The notes below the pieces were generated by a model that saw only the letters and a list, made by a program, of their open reading frames with translations, had not been told where the DNA came from and searched no databases. Shown here piece by piece: positions 8,874-17,198 of a stretch of 64,000 bases of DNA. Each line of letters starts with the position of its first letter. Position 1 is the first letter of the stretch. The DNA lies in assembly GCA_965248445.1 (NCBI GenBank), contig CBDFJG010000003.1, positions 1,120,001-1,184,000 of the forward strand. Reading direction: 5' to 3'. Source of the DNA: Planctomycetota bacterium (GTDB taxonomy: Bacteria; Planctomycetota; JAJSAM01; JAJVHW01). Position numbers and translations under genes: made by a program.

Positions 8874-10542
8874 CCGCATCTGTTCACGAGACGTCGCGAT
8901 GACGGTGCTTTCGGAGTCCACAGGGTCAGATCTTGGCCAGGCGAGGGCGGATGCTGTCGTCGTTGCCACAAGGGCAACGCGAGTGAGCGGCCGAAACGGC
9001 GCGGATTCTGCGGTGTGGGCAGACCGTAGGCCGGGCGGTGGTGTGGCGGACGGCGCGGCGGGACGTCAGGTCGGCTTCGGGGATGCCAGCAGTCGTTGCG
9101 CGCAGCGCTCGAAGACGTGCTGCCAGGGCCACGACGAGGACATCGAGACCCAGATCCGGCGCGTCGTGATCCGCACGAGCGCGCCGATCTTGAGCAGCCG
9201 CAGGCGGATCGTGCCGGCTTGCGCACGCGCCATCTCGGTGCCGGCGAGACCGATGCGTCGCAGCGCACAGGTCAGGACGTAGGCCATGGCCGACATGGCC
9301 ATCCGCACGGCGTTGCCCTGCATCGTGTGCACCGACAGACGGGTGCCGAAGAGCTCGAGCTGCTGCTCCTTGATGCGATTCTCCGCCTCGCCCCGGGCGC
9401 AGTAGAGCTGCTCGTAGAGACGCTTGCTGCTCCAGCTACGAGGCGGCAGATTGGTCACCACGAAGCGGGGATTGCGCTTGCCGCCCGGCAGGTGCTCGGC
9501 CTTGGCGACCACGCGACGCCTCTGGCTCCAGCTCCCCAGCGTGGTCCAGGCAAAGTCGCGAAAGACCCGGGCTGCTCGGCCGGTCTGCACGGCACGGGCT
9601 GCGGCCTCATCGAGCGCGTCTTCGACGTGTCGCTCAAGGCGCTCATTGCGCGCCATGCCCAGCAGGTAGAAGTGGCCGGCGGCCTCGCACCAGGCCATCA
9701 GCTCCTCGCGGCAAAAGCCCGAGTCTGCGCGCACGAGCACCTTGGCCCGGGGCCAGCGGCGCCGCAGACGTAAGACCAGCGCACGGAGCTCGTCCACGAC
9801 TCCGCGCGCGGGATCTCTGTCAGCGGTCTGGAGCCGAGCGAGCAAGAGGTGCTCGCCGCAGAAGACGTACAGCGGCAGGTAGCAGTAGTGCCCGTAGTAG
9901 CCGTGGAAGAAGCGGCCCTCCTGCCGGCCGTGCAGCCGCACGTCGGAGTGGTCCAGGTCCAGCACGAGCAGGCCCGGATCCTCCGGCCCCATGGCCTCGC
10001 AGAAGACGTCGCTGAGCACGCTGTCCACGCGCTCCTGGTCCATCTCGATCTTGGCGTAGCGCGTCTGTGCCGTGGCGCCGAGCTGCGTGGTCTCGAGCCG
10101 CGAGAGCGTCGGGTGCGTGGCCAGAGCACCCTCGCGCTTGCCGCACGCCGCGGCAAACAGCGGGTCCTTGCCGACATGGTCGTGGTCCACCAGATCCTCG
10201 TAGCCCGCGCACAGCCCGAAGACCCGCTGACGCAGCATCTGGCCGACCGTGTGCTCGACCCGACGCGGGTCCCGGTGGTCCCCGAAGCAGCGCGCAAACC
10301 GCGAGAGCAGATCGATGCGACGATCGGTCCGCTCGAGCAGCAGCACGCCCCCGTCGCTCGTCACGGTACCGGCGTCGAAGCGCGTCACCGCGGTGCGTCC
10401 ACAGATGCCCGCGAAGAGGGTCCCCTGCGGGCTACAGTCTGTCGTCATCGGGCCGGCGCTCCTGTCGGTGCAAGTACTAGCGAGTACGAGCACTTAGACA
10501 GACGACGGCCCGCTCAGATTCCCGGCTGGTGAACGATTCGGG
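8874..10542 (-). mobile_element. IS1380-family insertion sequence, copy 1 (1669 bp), flanked by CTAG at 8870-8873 and 10543-10546
   Basis: Near-identical to 14439-16107; imperfect terminal IRs ccgcatctgttcac / cccgaatcgttcac; identity between the copies stops at the CTAGs. Confidence 0.92.
9066..10448 (-). CDS. IS1380-family DDE transposase
   Basis: MTTDC..FDAGTVTSDGGVLLL, QRVFGLCAGYEDLVDH, LDLDHSD..HGRQEGRFFHGYY, VRADSGF, YCARGEAENRIKE motifs; AGGAG upstream. Confidence 0.93.
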   Translation of the reverse strand: MTTDCSPQGTLFAGICGRTAVTRFDAGTVTSDGGVLLLERTDRRIDLLSRFARCFGDHRDPRRVEHTVGQMLRQRVFGLCAGYEDLVDHDHVGKDPLFAAACGKREGALATHPTLSRLETTQLGATAQTRYAKIEMDQERVDSVLSDVFCEAMGPEDPGLLVLDLDHSDVRLHGRQEGRFFHGYYGHYCYLPLYVFCGEHLLLARLQTADRDPARGVVDELRALVLRLRRRWPRAKVLVRADSGFCREELMAWCEAAGHFYLLGMARNERLERHVEDALDEAAARAVQTGRAARVFRDFAWTTLGSWSQRRRVVAKAEHLPGGKRNPRFVVTNLPPRSWSSKRLYEQLYCARGEAENRIKEQQLELFGTRLSVHTMQGNAVRMAMSAMAYVLTCALRRIGLAGTEMARAQAGTIRLRLLKIGALVRITTRRIWVSMSSSWPWQHVFERCAQRLLASPKPT

Positions 10543-10552
10543 CTAGTCCGGT

Positions 10553-11914
10553 TCAGACTGTTCGAAAACGAAGGGGTCGCCCGCTGGGCGGCCCCTTCTC
10601 TTCGTGGGCGTCGTAGACGACGCGGCCGCGAACCACCGTCGTCACCGGCCAGCCGGCGAGCGACGTGCCCTCGTAGGGACTGTACGCGGCGCGGGAACGC
10701 AACCACGCGGCCTGCAGCGGCCCGGTCTCACCCTCGTCGACCAGCACGAGGTCGCCGTCGTGGCCAGGTGTGAGGAAGCCCTTGCCCTCGATCCCGTACG
10801 CGCGAGCCGGACCCTCGCACGTGACGCGCACGACGTCCGCGAGCGTCAGCCACCCGTCCCGCACGGCGGTCAGGAGCAGCGGGAGGATCGTCTGCACGCC
10901 CGGGATGCCGGACGGTGAGTGCGGATACGGCTGCGCCTTCTCTTTCCGGGTGTGGGGCGCGTGGTCGCTGCCGATACACGTGAGCGTTCCGTCGACCAGA
11001 GCCTGTCGAAGACTGTCACGATGCCGGGCGTCGCGGACCGGCGGGTTCATTTGCGCCAGGGATCCGAACCGCTCGTAGCAATCCGGTGCGGTCAGGAAGA
11101 GGTGGTTTGGCGTCGTCTCCGCCGTCACCAGTTCGCCGAGATCGCGCTCGCGCAGAAGCGCGATCTCCTCCGCAGTGCTGACGTGCAGGAGGTGCACGGG
11201 TCGCCGCGTCTTCTCGACGAGGTCGAGCAGACGCGTCGTCGCGCGCAGGGCGCACTCGACGTCGCGCACGTCAGGGTGCGCGGTGACCGGAGTGCCCTCC
11301 ACGATCGCAGCGTAGCGCTCGCGCAGGCGCGGCTCGTGCTCGGAGTGGACCGCGACCCGCCGGTCGCCGGATCGCAGGACGCGCTCGAGCGTCTCGTCGT
11401 CCGCCACGAGCAGTGTTCCGGTGGAGGAGCCCATGAACACCTTCACGCCCGCGCAACCGGGCGCGCGCTCCCACTCACCGAGTCGCTCTGCGTTCCCCTC
11501 CGTCGCACCGAGGAAGAACGCGTGGTCGCACCACGCGCGCCCGGCGGCCAGTGCGAACTTCTCGTCGAGCCGCTCGGGATCCGTGGTGGGTGGCTTCGTG
11601 TTCGGCATCTCCATGACCGACGTCACGCCGCCCGCAACGGCGGCGAGAGTGCCCGACGCGAGGTCCTCCTTGTGCGTCATGCCCGGCTCGCGAAAGTGCA
11701 CCTGAGGATCGATCAGGCCGGGGAGCACCAGCCGGCCCGCCGCGTCCAGGACCGTCTCGCCCGGCCGCGGGGTCAGCGTGCGCCCCACCGCGCGAACCCG
11801 CCCGCGCTCGATCCGCACGTCGGCAGGCACCGGGATACCGGGGGCTCCCGGGCCAGCGGTCGGGGCGACACGGCCCCCGGTCACCAGGAGGTCGTCGCCG
11901 TGTGGATCGGGCAT
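10553..11914 (-). CDS. pyrC: Dihydroorotase (cyclic amidohydrolase family)
   Basis: LPGLIDPQVHFREPG..KED, GGVT..MPNT.P, HLLHVST, MNPPVR, IGSDHAPH motifs. Confidence 0.88.
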   Translation of the reverse strand: MPDPHGDDLLVTGGRVAPTAGPGAPGIPVPADVRIERGRVRAVGRTLTPRPGETVLDAAGRLVLPGLIDPQVHFREPGMTHKEDLASGTLAAVAGGVTSVMEMPNTKPPTTDPERLDEKFALAAGRAWCDHAFFLGATEGNAERLGEWERAPGCAGVKVFMGSSTGTLLVADDETLERVLRSGDRRVAVHSEHEPRLRERYAAIVEGTPVTAHPDVRDVECALRATTRLLDLVEKTRRPVHLLHVSTAEEIALLRERDLGELVTAETTPNHLFLTAPDCYERFGSLAQMNPPVRDARHRDSLRQALVDGTLTCIGSDHAPHTRKEKAQPYPHSPSGIPGVQTILPLLLTAVRDGWLTLADVVRVTCEGPARAYGIEGKGFLTPGHDGDLVLVDEGETGPLQAAWLRSRAAYSPYEGTSLAGWPVTTVVRGRVVYDAHEEKGPPSGRPLRFRTV

Positions 11915-11996
11915 GCCGCGATTGTGCGCGACGGGACCGGCCCCGGCGGAGAGGATCGGGCGCGGGTGGCCGGAACGCCACGCCGGGAGGAGCCCC

Positions 11997-12470
11997 GTGG
12001 GCCGGATCTACGACGAGATGACCAAGTTCCTGGAGAGCGAGAAGCTGGTCTTCCAGCCTTTCCCGGAACGTGGGTATGCGGCGCTCCACTTCACGGGCAC
12101 GCGGGTCAGCTGGCGGTGTTTCGCCGTCGCGAACGACGAGCTCGAGGTGTTCAAGCTCCTCGTCCAGCTCCCCGAGCGCGTGCCCGGCGATCAGCGGGCC
12201 CCGATGGCCGAGTTCATCACCCGCGCCAACTTCGGCCTGAACGTCGGTGCGTTCGAGATGGACATGTCCGACGGCGAGCTCCGATTCCGCGTCGGCGTGG
12301 ACCTGGAGAACACCGCCGACTGCGCGCCGCTCCTCCGGCAGTGTCTGGCGGCGGGTCTCACGACCGCCGAACGGTACTACCCGGGGTTCATGTCCATCCT
12401 GCACGCGGACGCACACCCGCGTGACGCGATCGCAGAGGTCGAGGGCAGCGAGGTCGAGTCGGCTACCTAG
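11997..12470 (+). CDS. YbjN-domain protein
   Basis: GGAGGAG before GTG; 'AEFITRANFGLNVGAFEMDMSDGELRFR' is typical of the YbjN family. Confidence 0.8.
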   Translation: MGRIYDEMTKFLESEKLVFQPFPERGYAALHFTGTRVSWRCFAVANDELEVFKLLVQLPERVPGDQRAPMAEFITRANFGLNVGAFEMDMSDGELRFRVGVDLENTADCAPLLRQCLAAGLTTAERYYPGFMSILHADAHPRDAIAEVEGSEVESAT

Positions 12471-12492
12471 CCCGTGTCGTTCACGGGGCTAG
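12467..12492. other. CTAG-cccgtgtcgttcacgggg-CTAG: IS1380-end-like 18-mer between two convergent TAG stops; also forms a hairpin
   Basis: 12 of 14 nt match the IS1380 end cccgaatcgttcac and, like that end, it follows CTAG. Confidence 0.6.
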
Positions 12493-13202
12493 TCCGAGGC
12501 CTTCTTGTCGTACTTCACGGAGCAGCCGTAGGGCTTCGTCTCGGTGTGCGGCGCGGGCTCTCCGGCCAACATGGCGTCAAGCACTTCGGTGACATAGTTG
12601 GTAGCCCGCGGGATGTCGGCGGGATCCGCACTCTTGATGCTGTCGATCGCGCCCTCGTAGGCCACCCGGCCGCCCGTGTCGATCACGAACATGTGCGGCG
12701 TGGTGCGTGCGTCGTACAGGCGGCCCACGTCACCGGCGGGGTCGAGCAGCACGGCGGTCTCCGCCGACGCGTGCTTCTCGTGCGCGACGATCCACTTGTC
12801 GGCCGACATGTGGCCCTGCTTACCCGGCGCCGACGAGCAGATCGAGAGCCAGACGACGTCCTGCGCCGTGTACTTCTCCTGCATCGATTGCATGTTGCTC
12901 GACTTGTAGTGCTTCTTGACGAAGGGGCAACCGTGGTTGATCCACTCGAGCACGACGATCTTCCCGCGGTAGTCGAAGAGCGAGTGCTCCTTGCCCGTCG
13001 CATCCGGCAACGTGAAGTTCGGCGCGCCGCCTTCGACCGGCTGAGGGTTGACCAACGGCTCCACGTCCATCTCGGGTTCCTGCGCGATGGGCCCCATCGC
13101 GCCAGCATCCACCACAGGCGGCGAGTTCGTGGGGGCCGCGTCCTCCGCAGTGCAGGCGGCGAGCAAAAGCGGCGCCATGGCGAGCATGATCAGGTTCTTC
13201 AT
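12489..13202 (-). CDS. Thioredoxin-fold redoxin (AhpC/TSA-like) lipoprotein
   Basis: Lipobox LAAC; APNFTLPD..G..HSL.DYRGKIVVLEWINHGCPFV; ARTTPHMFVID; KPYGCSVKY. Confidence 0.85.
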   Translation of the reverse strand: MKNLIMLAMAPLLLAACTAEDAAPTNSPPVVDAGAMGPIAQEPEMDVEPLVNPQPVEGGAPNFTLPDATGKEHSLFDYRGKIVVLEWINHGCPFVKKHYKSSNMQSMQEKYTAQDVVWLSICSSAPGKQGHMSADKWIVAHEKHASAETAVLLDPAGDVGRLYDARTTPHMFVIDTGGRVAYEGAIDSIKSADPADIPRATNYVTEVLDAMLAGEPAPHTETKPYGCSVKYDKKASD

Positions 13203-14053
13203 CGTTCGTGTCCCTCGTCATCAGTCGTGACGGCCACCTTCACGCGATATGCGATCGTCGTGCCGTCGTGGGTGATCGTGAGCAGGCCGGTCAGCTCGGT
13301 GTCCCGGTGCCGCTTGCGCAGCTTCAGCACCAGCGAGCGGCGGTCCGCTGCGAGCGTGGGGCGAGCGTACGTGACCCACGACTCGTCAGCCGGGAAGAAG
13401 TCCGTCACTGCGCCCTCGGGCACGGTCAGTCCGGCGACCACGAGATCCAGCACGAGCGTGTCGTCCACCCGTCGTGCGGCCGCCGGCTTCGGCAGCGGCA
13501 GCGGGAGTGCGGCCCGGTGCCGTGTGAGCGCTTCCTTCTCGGTCGCGCGGGGAAGGGTCGTTGCGCCGACGGTGAACGACGCCGTCACGCGTCCGTTGCC
13601 GTCGATGCACTGCTCCTCGTTGCACGCGAGCCACGTGACCTTCGCCCCCATCTCGACGTCGCCAGCCGGCGCGTCCTTCGGGACGCTCACCACCGCCGAG
13701 AGAAGAACGTCGCCCTCGTACCCGATGGTCACTAAGTGCGCGACAGGGATGCGCTGCGGCGTGGGGAAACGAACCGGCCCGATCTCGTACCCGTCCGGCA
13801 GGTCGAACGTGATGGTCGGCGGCAGTCCCGCATCACCGGCGTTCTCCCAGTAGACGTGCCAGCCGGGCGCCATCGTGAAACGCACCGCGACGACCGTCTT
13901 AGATCCCGGTCGCACGCTCTCGTGCTCCGTCGCGAGTCCGAGCGTCACAGGTGACTGCTCGATTCCGCCCGCGCGTGACACGTCATCGTCACCGGCAATG
14001 GCCGGGATACCTGACACGAGGAGGGCGAGGGCCACGACGAGGGGGCGCACCAC
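13199..14053 (-). CDS. Protein-disulfide reductase DsbD N-terminal-like domain protein
   Basis: Signal peptide; 'PGWHVYWENAGDAGLP' and 'WLACNEEQC'; ATGA overlap with the redoxin gene; start approximate. Confidence 0.8.
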   Translation of the reverse strand: MVRPLVVALALLVSGIPAIAGDDDVSRAGGIEQSPVTLGLATEHESVRPGSKTVVAVRFTMAPGWHVYWENAGDAGLPPTITFDLPDGYEIGPVRFPTPQRIPVAHLVTIGYEGDVLLSAVVSVPKDAPAGDVEMGAKVTWLACNEEQCIDGNGRVTASFTVGATTLPRATEKEALTRHRAALPLPLPKPAAARRVDDTLVLDLVVAGLTVPEGAVTDFFPADESWVTYARPTLAADRRSLVLKLRKRHRDTELTGLLTITHDGTTIAYRVKVAVTTDDEGHER

Positions 14054-14201
14054 TATCGAACGCGCCCGGACGCGCGCGGGTTTCCCGAGCCTCGGAGCCG
14101 TCCCCGGTCCTGACAGCGCAGCAACCGTGCGGTACGATCGAGATCTGGTCCGGGGCGGGCAGCCCCCGACTGGGAATCCACGAAAAGGGAGATCCGGAAC
14201 C

Positions 14202-14438
14202 ATGCGCACCATTCTGTCACTCGTCCTCCTGACGGTCGGGCTCGTCTCGCTGACGGGCTGCGCCACCAAGGCCCAGACCGGCGCTCTCATCGGAGCCGGT
14301 GTCGGCACCGCGGCCGGCGCAGCGATCGGCAAGGACACCAAGGGCGCCGCGATCGGCGGCGTGGTCGGCGCAGGCGCCGGCTACATGATCGGCAACGAAC
14401 AGGACAAAGCCGACGACCGCGCCCGCGACGGGCGCTAG
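14202..14438 (+). CDS. Glycine-zipper small lipoprotein
   Basis: Lipobox LTGC; GALIGAGVGTAAGAAIG..GAAIGGVVGAGAGYMIGN; its TAG stop is part of the IS1380 CTAG target. Confidence 0.85.
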   Translation: MRTILSLVLLTVGLVSLTGCATKAQTGALIGAGVGTAAGAAIGKDTKGAAIGGVVGAGAGYMIGNEQDKADDRARDGR

Positions 14439-16107
14439 CCGCATCTGTTCACGAGACGTCGCGATGACGGTGCTTTCGGAGTCCACAGGGTCAGATCTTG
14501 GCCAGGCGAGGGCGGATGCTGTCGTCGTTGCCACAAGGGCAACGCGAGTGAGCGGCCGAAACGGCGCGGATTCTGCGGTGTGGGCAGACCGTAGGCCGGG
14601 CGGTGGTGTGGCGGACGGCGCGGCGGGACGTCAGGTCGGCTTCGGGGATGCCAGCAGTCGTTGCGCGCAGCGCTCGAAGACGTGCTGCCAGGGCCACGAC
14701 GAGGACATCGAGACCCAGATCCGGCGCGTCGTGATCCGCACGAGCGCGCCGATCTTGAGCAGCCGCAGGCGGATCGTGCCGGCTTGCGCACGCGCCATCT
14801 CGGTGCCGGCGAGACCGATGCGTCGCAGCGCACAGGTCAGGACGTAGGCCATGGCCGACATGGCCATCCGCACGGCGTTGCCCTGCATCGTGTGCACCGA
14901 CAGACGGGTGCCGAAGAGCTCGAGCTGCTGCTCCTTGATGCGATTCTCCGCCTCGCCCCGGGCGCAGTAGAGCTGCTCGTAGAGACGCTTGCTGCTCCAG
15001 CTACGAGGCGGCAGATTGGTCACCACGAAGCGGGGATTGCGCTTGCCGCCCGGCAGGTGCTCGGCCTTGGCGACCACGCGACGCCTCTGGCTCCAGCTCC
15101 CCAGCGTGGTCCAGGCAAAGTCGCGAAAGACCCGGGCTGCTCGGCCGGTCTGCACGGCACGGGCTGCGGCCTCATCGAGCGCGTCTTCGACGTGTCGCTC
15201 AAGGCGCTCATTGCGCGCCATGCCCAGCAGGTAGAAGTGGCCGGCGGCCTCGCACCAGGCCATCAGCTCCTCGCGGCAAAAGCCCGAGTCTGCGCGCACG
15301 AGCACCTTGGCCCGGGGCCAGCGGCGCCGCAGACGTAAGACCAGCGCACGGAGCTCGTCCACGACTCCGCGCGCGGGATCTCTGTCAGCGGTCTGGAGCC
15401 GAGCGAGCAAGAGGTGCTCGCCGCAGAAGACGTACAGCGGCAGGTAGCAGTAGTGCCCGTAGTAGCCGTGGAAGAAGCGGCCCTCCTGCCGGCCGTGCAG
15501 CCGCACGTCGGAGTGGTCCAGGTCCAGCACGAGCAGGCCCGGATCCTCCGGCCCCATGGCCTCGCAGAAGACGTCGCTGAGCACGCTGTCCACGCGCTCC
15601 TGGTCCATCTCGATCTTGGCGTAGCGCGTCTGTGCCGTGGCGCCGAGCTGCGTGGTCTCGAGCCGCGAGAGCGTCGGGTGCGTGGCCAGAGCACCCTCGC
15701 GCTTGCCGCACGCCGCGGCAAACAGCGGGTCCTTGCCGACATGGTCGTGGTCCACCAGATCCTCGTAGCCCGCGCACAGCCCGAAGACCCGCTGACGCAG
15801 CATCTGGCCGACCGTGTGCTCGACCCGACGCGGGTCCCGGTGGTCCCCGAAGCAGCGCGCAAACCGCGAGAGCAGATCGATGCGACGATCGACCCGCTCG
15901 AGCAGCAGCACGCCCCCGTCGCTCGTCACGGTACCGGCGTCGAAGCGCGTCACCGCGGTGCGTCCACAGATGCCCGCGAAGAGGGTCCCCTGCGGGCTAC
16001 AGTCTGTCGTCATCGGGCCGGCGCTCCTGTCGGTGCAAGTACTGGCGCGTACGAGCACTTAGACAGACGACGGCCCGCTCAGATTCCCGGCTGGTGAACG
16101 ATTCGGG
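14439..16107 (-). mobile_element. IS1380-family insertion sequence, copy 2 (1669 bp), flanked by CTAG at 14435-14438 and 16108-16111
   Basis: Direct-orientation near-identical copy of 8874-10542; four differences seen (15892, 15893, 16044, 16048). Confidence 0.92.
14631..16013 (-). CDS. IS1380-family DDE transposase
   Basis: Same protein as copy 1 except one T/V change (ERTDRR vs ERVDRR). Confidence 0.93.
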   Translation of the reverse strand: MTTDCSPQGTLFAGICGRTAVTRFDAGTVTSDGGVLLLERVDRRIDLLSRFARCFGDHRDPRRVEHTVGQMLRQRVFGLCAGYEDLVDHDHVGKDPLFAAACGKREGALATHPTLSRLETTQLGATAQTRYAKIEMDQERVDSVLSDVFCEAMGPEDPGLLVLDLDHSDVRLHGRQEGRFFHGYYGHYCYLPLYVFCGEHLLLARLQTADRDPARGVVDELRALVLRLRRRWPRAKVLVRADSGFCREELMAWCEAAGHFYLLGMARNERLERHVEDALDEAAARAVQTGRAARVFRDFAWTTLGSWSQRRRVVAKAEHLPGGKRNPRFVVTNLPPRSWSSKRLYEQLYCARGEAENRIKEQQLELFGTRLSVHTMQGNAVRMAMSAMAYVLTCALRRIGLAGTEMARAQAGTIRLRLLKIGALVRITTRRIWVSMSSSWPWQHVFERCAQRLLASPKPT

Positions 16108-16111
16108 CTAG

Positions 16112-17009
16112 CGGCCACTCGAACTCCGCACTCGCTCGTCGGCTCACCAAGGTGTACGACCGCATGCCGTCGGGTGGCAACGCCACGGAGCAGATCGAAG
16201 GCGCGTTGGGCGCGGCCCGGGCGCGAGTCGTGCGCCGCGACGAGGCTCTCGAGCAACTCGTGGGCGCGTCGGCCGACGAACTGCTCGGCGACGTCAAGGT
16301 GCGCGCCGGGACGTTCGTGGAGAACGTCGAACTGTCCACCCGGGTGCGGAAGGTCTATTCGTTCCATCGCGAGGTGACTCGGCTGGCGCGGCGCATCCGC
16401 CGCACCGAGAACGCGCGACGACTGCGCTCGCGACTCAGGCAACTTCGACGGACCGAACGGCGGCTGAGTTCGGCCGAGTACCAGCTGCACGTGATGGCTC
16501 CGGAGATCGTCTGCCGTACGCCGCCCGAGTCGGTACCGGAGCCGGAGCCCGATCCGGGCGAGGAGTTGCCGCCCTGCACTGGCACTCCGTTCGGCACGGA
16601 TGACGTCGCCACGGGCGCGTTCATGGTGCACATCTACGGATCAGTGGTGACCAACTTCGTGTTCGACTGTTTCGAAACCGAGTGGCTCGAACCTCGCACC
16701 GGCGAGTCGTCCCGTCTGGAACTGCGACTCATGGACCGCAACGTTCCTCTCATGATGAAGATCGTGCTGGCCGACCTCCGAGTCCGCCAGTACCCAGAGG
16801 CGGAGCACCCTCGGACGTTCGATGTCGTGCGCGCCCGCCTCGACGGCCGCGACCTGTACGTCGGCGGGCTCCACGGGTATGTCGACGTTACCGCGTTCGA
16901 TGCGGAAACCGGTCGCCTCGCGCTCACGTACAACATGCCGCGCGGCGAACACTACGCGGACTGGGGAGAGGTAGACCTGGCCGACTTCCGGATCGGTCTC
17001 GTCGAATAG
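16112..17009 (+). pseudogene. Hypothetical protein, probably 5'-truncated by IS1380 copy 2
   Basis: The frame of ORF 16152-17009 stays open back to the IS junction (ASGHSNSALARRLTKVYDRM) with no RBS or signal peptide; helical N-part, Pro/Glu linker, beta-rich C-part. Confidence 0.5.
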
Positions 17010-17011
17010 AC

Positions 17012-17170
17012 GCACCTCCTGCGGGTCCGACATGCGGTGCCAGGTTCGAGTCGTCGGCGACAACGGGTCACTCCGTTCGAGGCTCACGTCGACCCGGCGA
17101 GACCGACGAACTCGGCCTGGCACAGTTTTTCGACGTGACACCAGGCTCGGGACAGCCCTAGCGGAGGTGT
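17012..17170. ncRNA. Candidate structured RNA / long palindromic element
   Basis: Nested complementarity: 17013-19 with 17163-69, 17025-30 with 17147-53, 17037-57 with 17103-23, 17064-69 with 17091-96; also 17084-92 with 17130-38. Confidence 0.4.
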
Positions 17171-17198
17171 GAGCGGGGGTACGGGTACGGTGGCGATC

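Noticed and set aside
11690..11715. Inactive dihydroorotase because of QVH instead of HxH
   Set aside because: The DPQVHFREPG variant is familiar from other bacterial dihydroorotase homologues and the remaining motifs are intact.
8870..16111. Simple composite transposon inserted into one gene
   Set aside because: Joining the outer flanks at CTAG does not put the toxin frame in phase with ORF 16112-17009, and a fixed CTAG target makes matching duplications uninformative.
17041..17055. tRNA (GGTTCGAGTC T-loop-like motif)
   Set aside because: The T-stem does not close and there is no cloverleaf or CCA; the motif is part of a longer hairpin arm.
17118..17132. Sigma-54 promoter TGGCAC-N5-TT
   Set aside because: The -12 dinucleotide is CG, not GC. 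A similar site at 45154 has spacing one base short and faces no gene.
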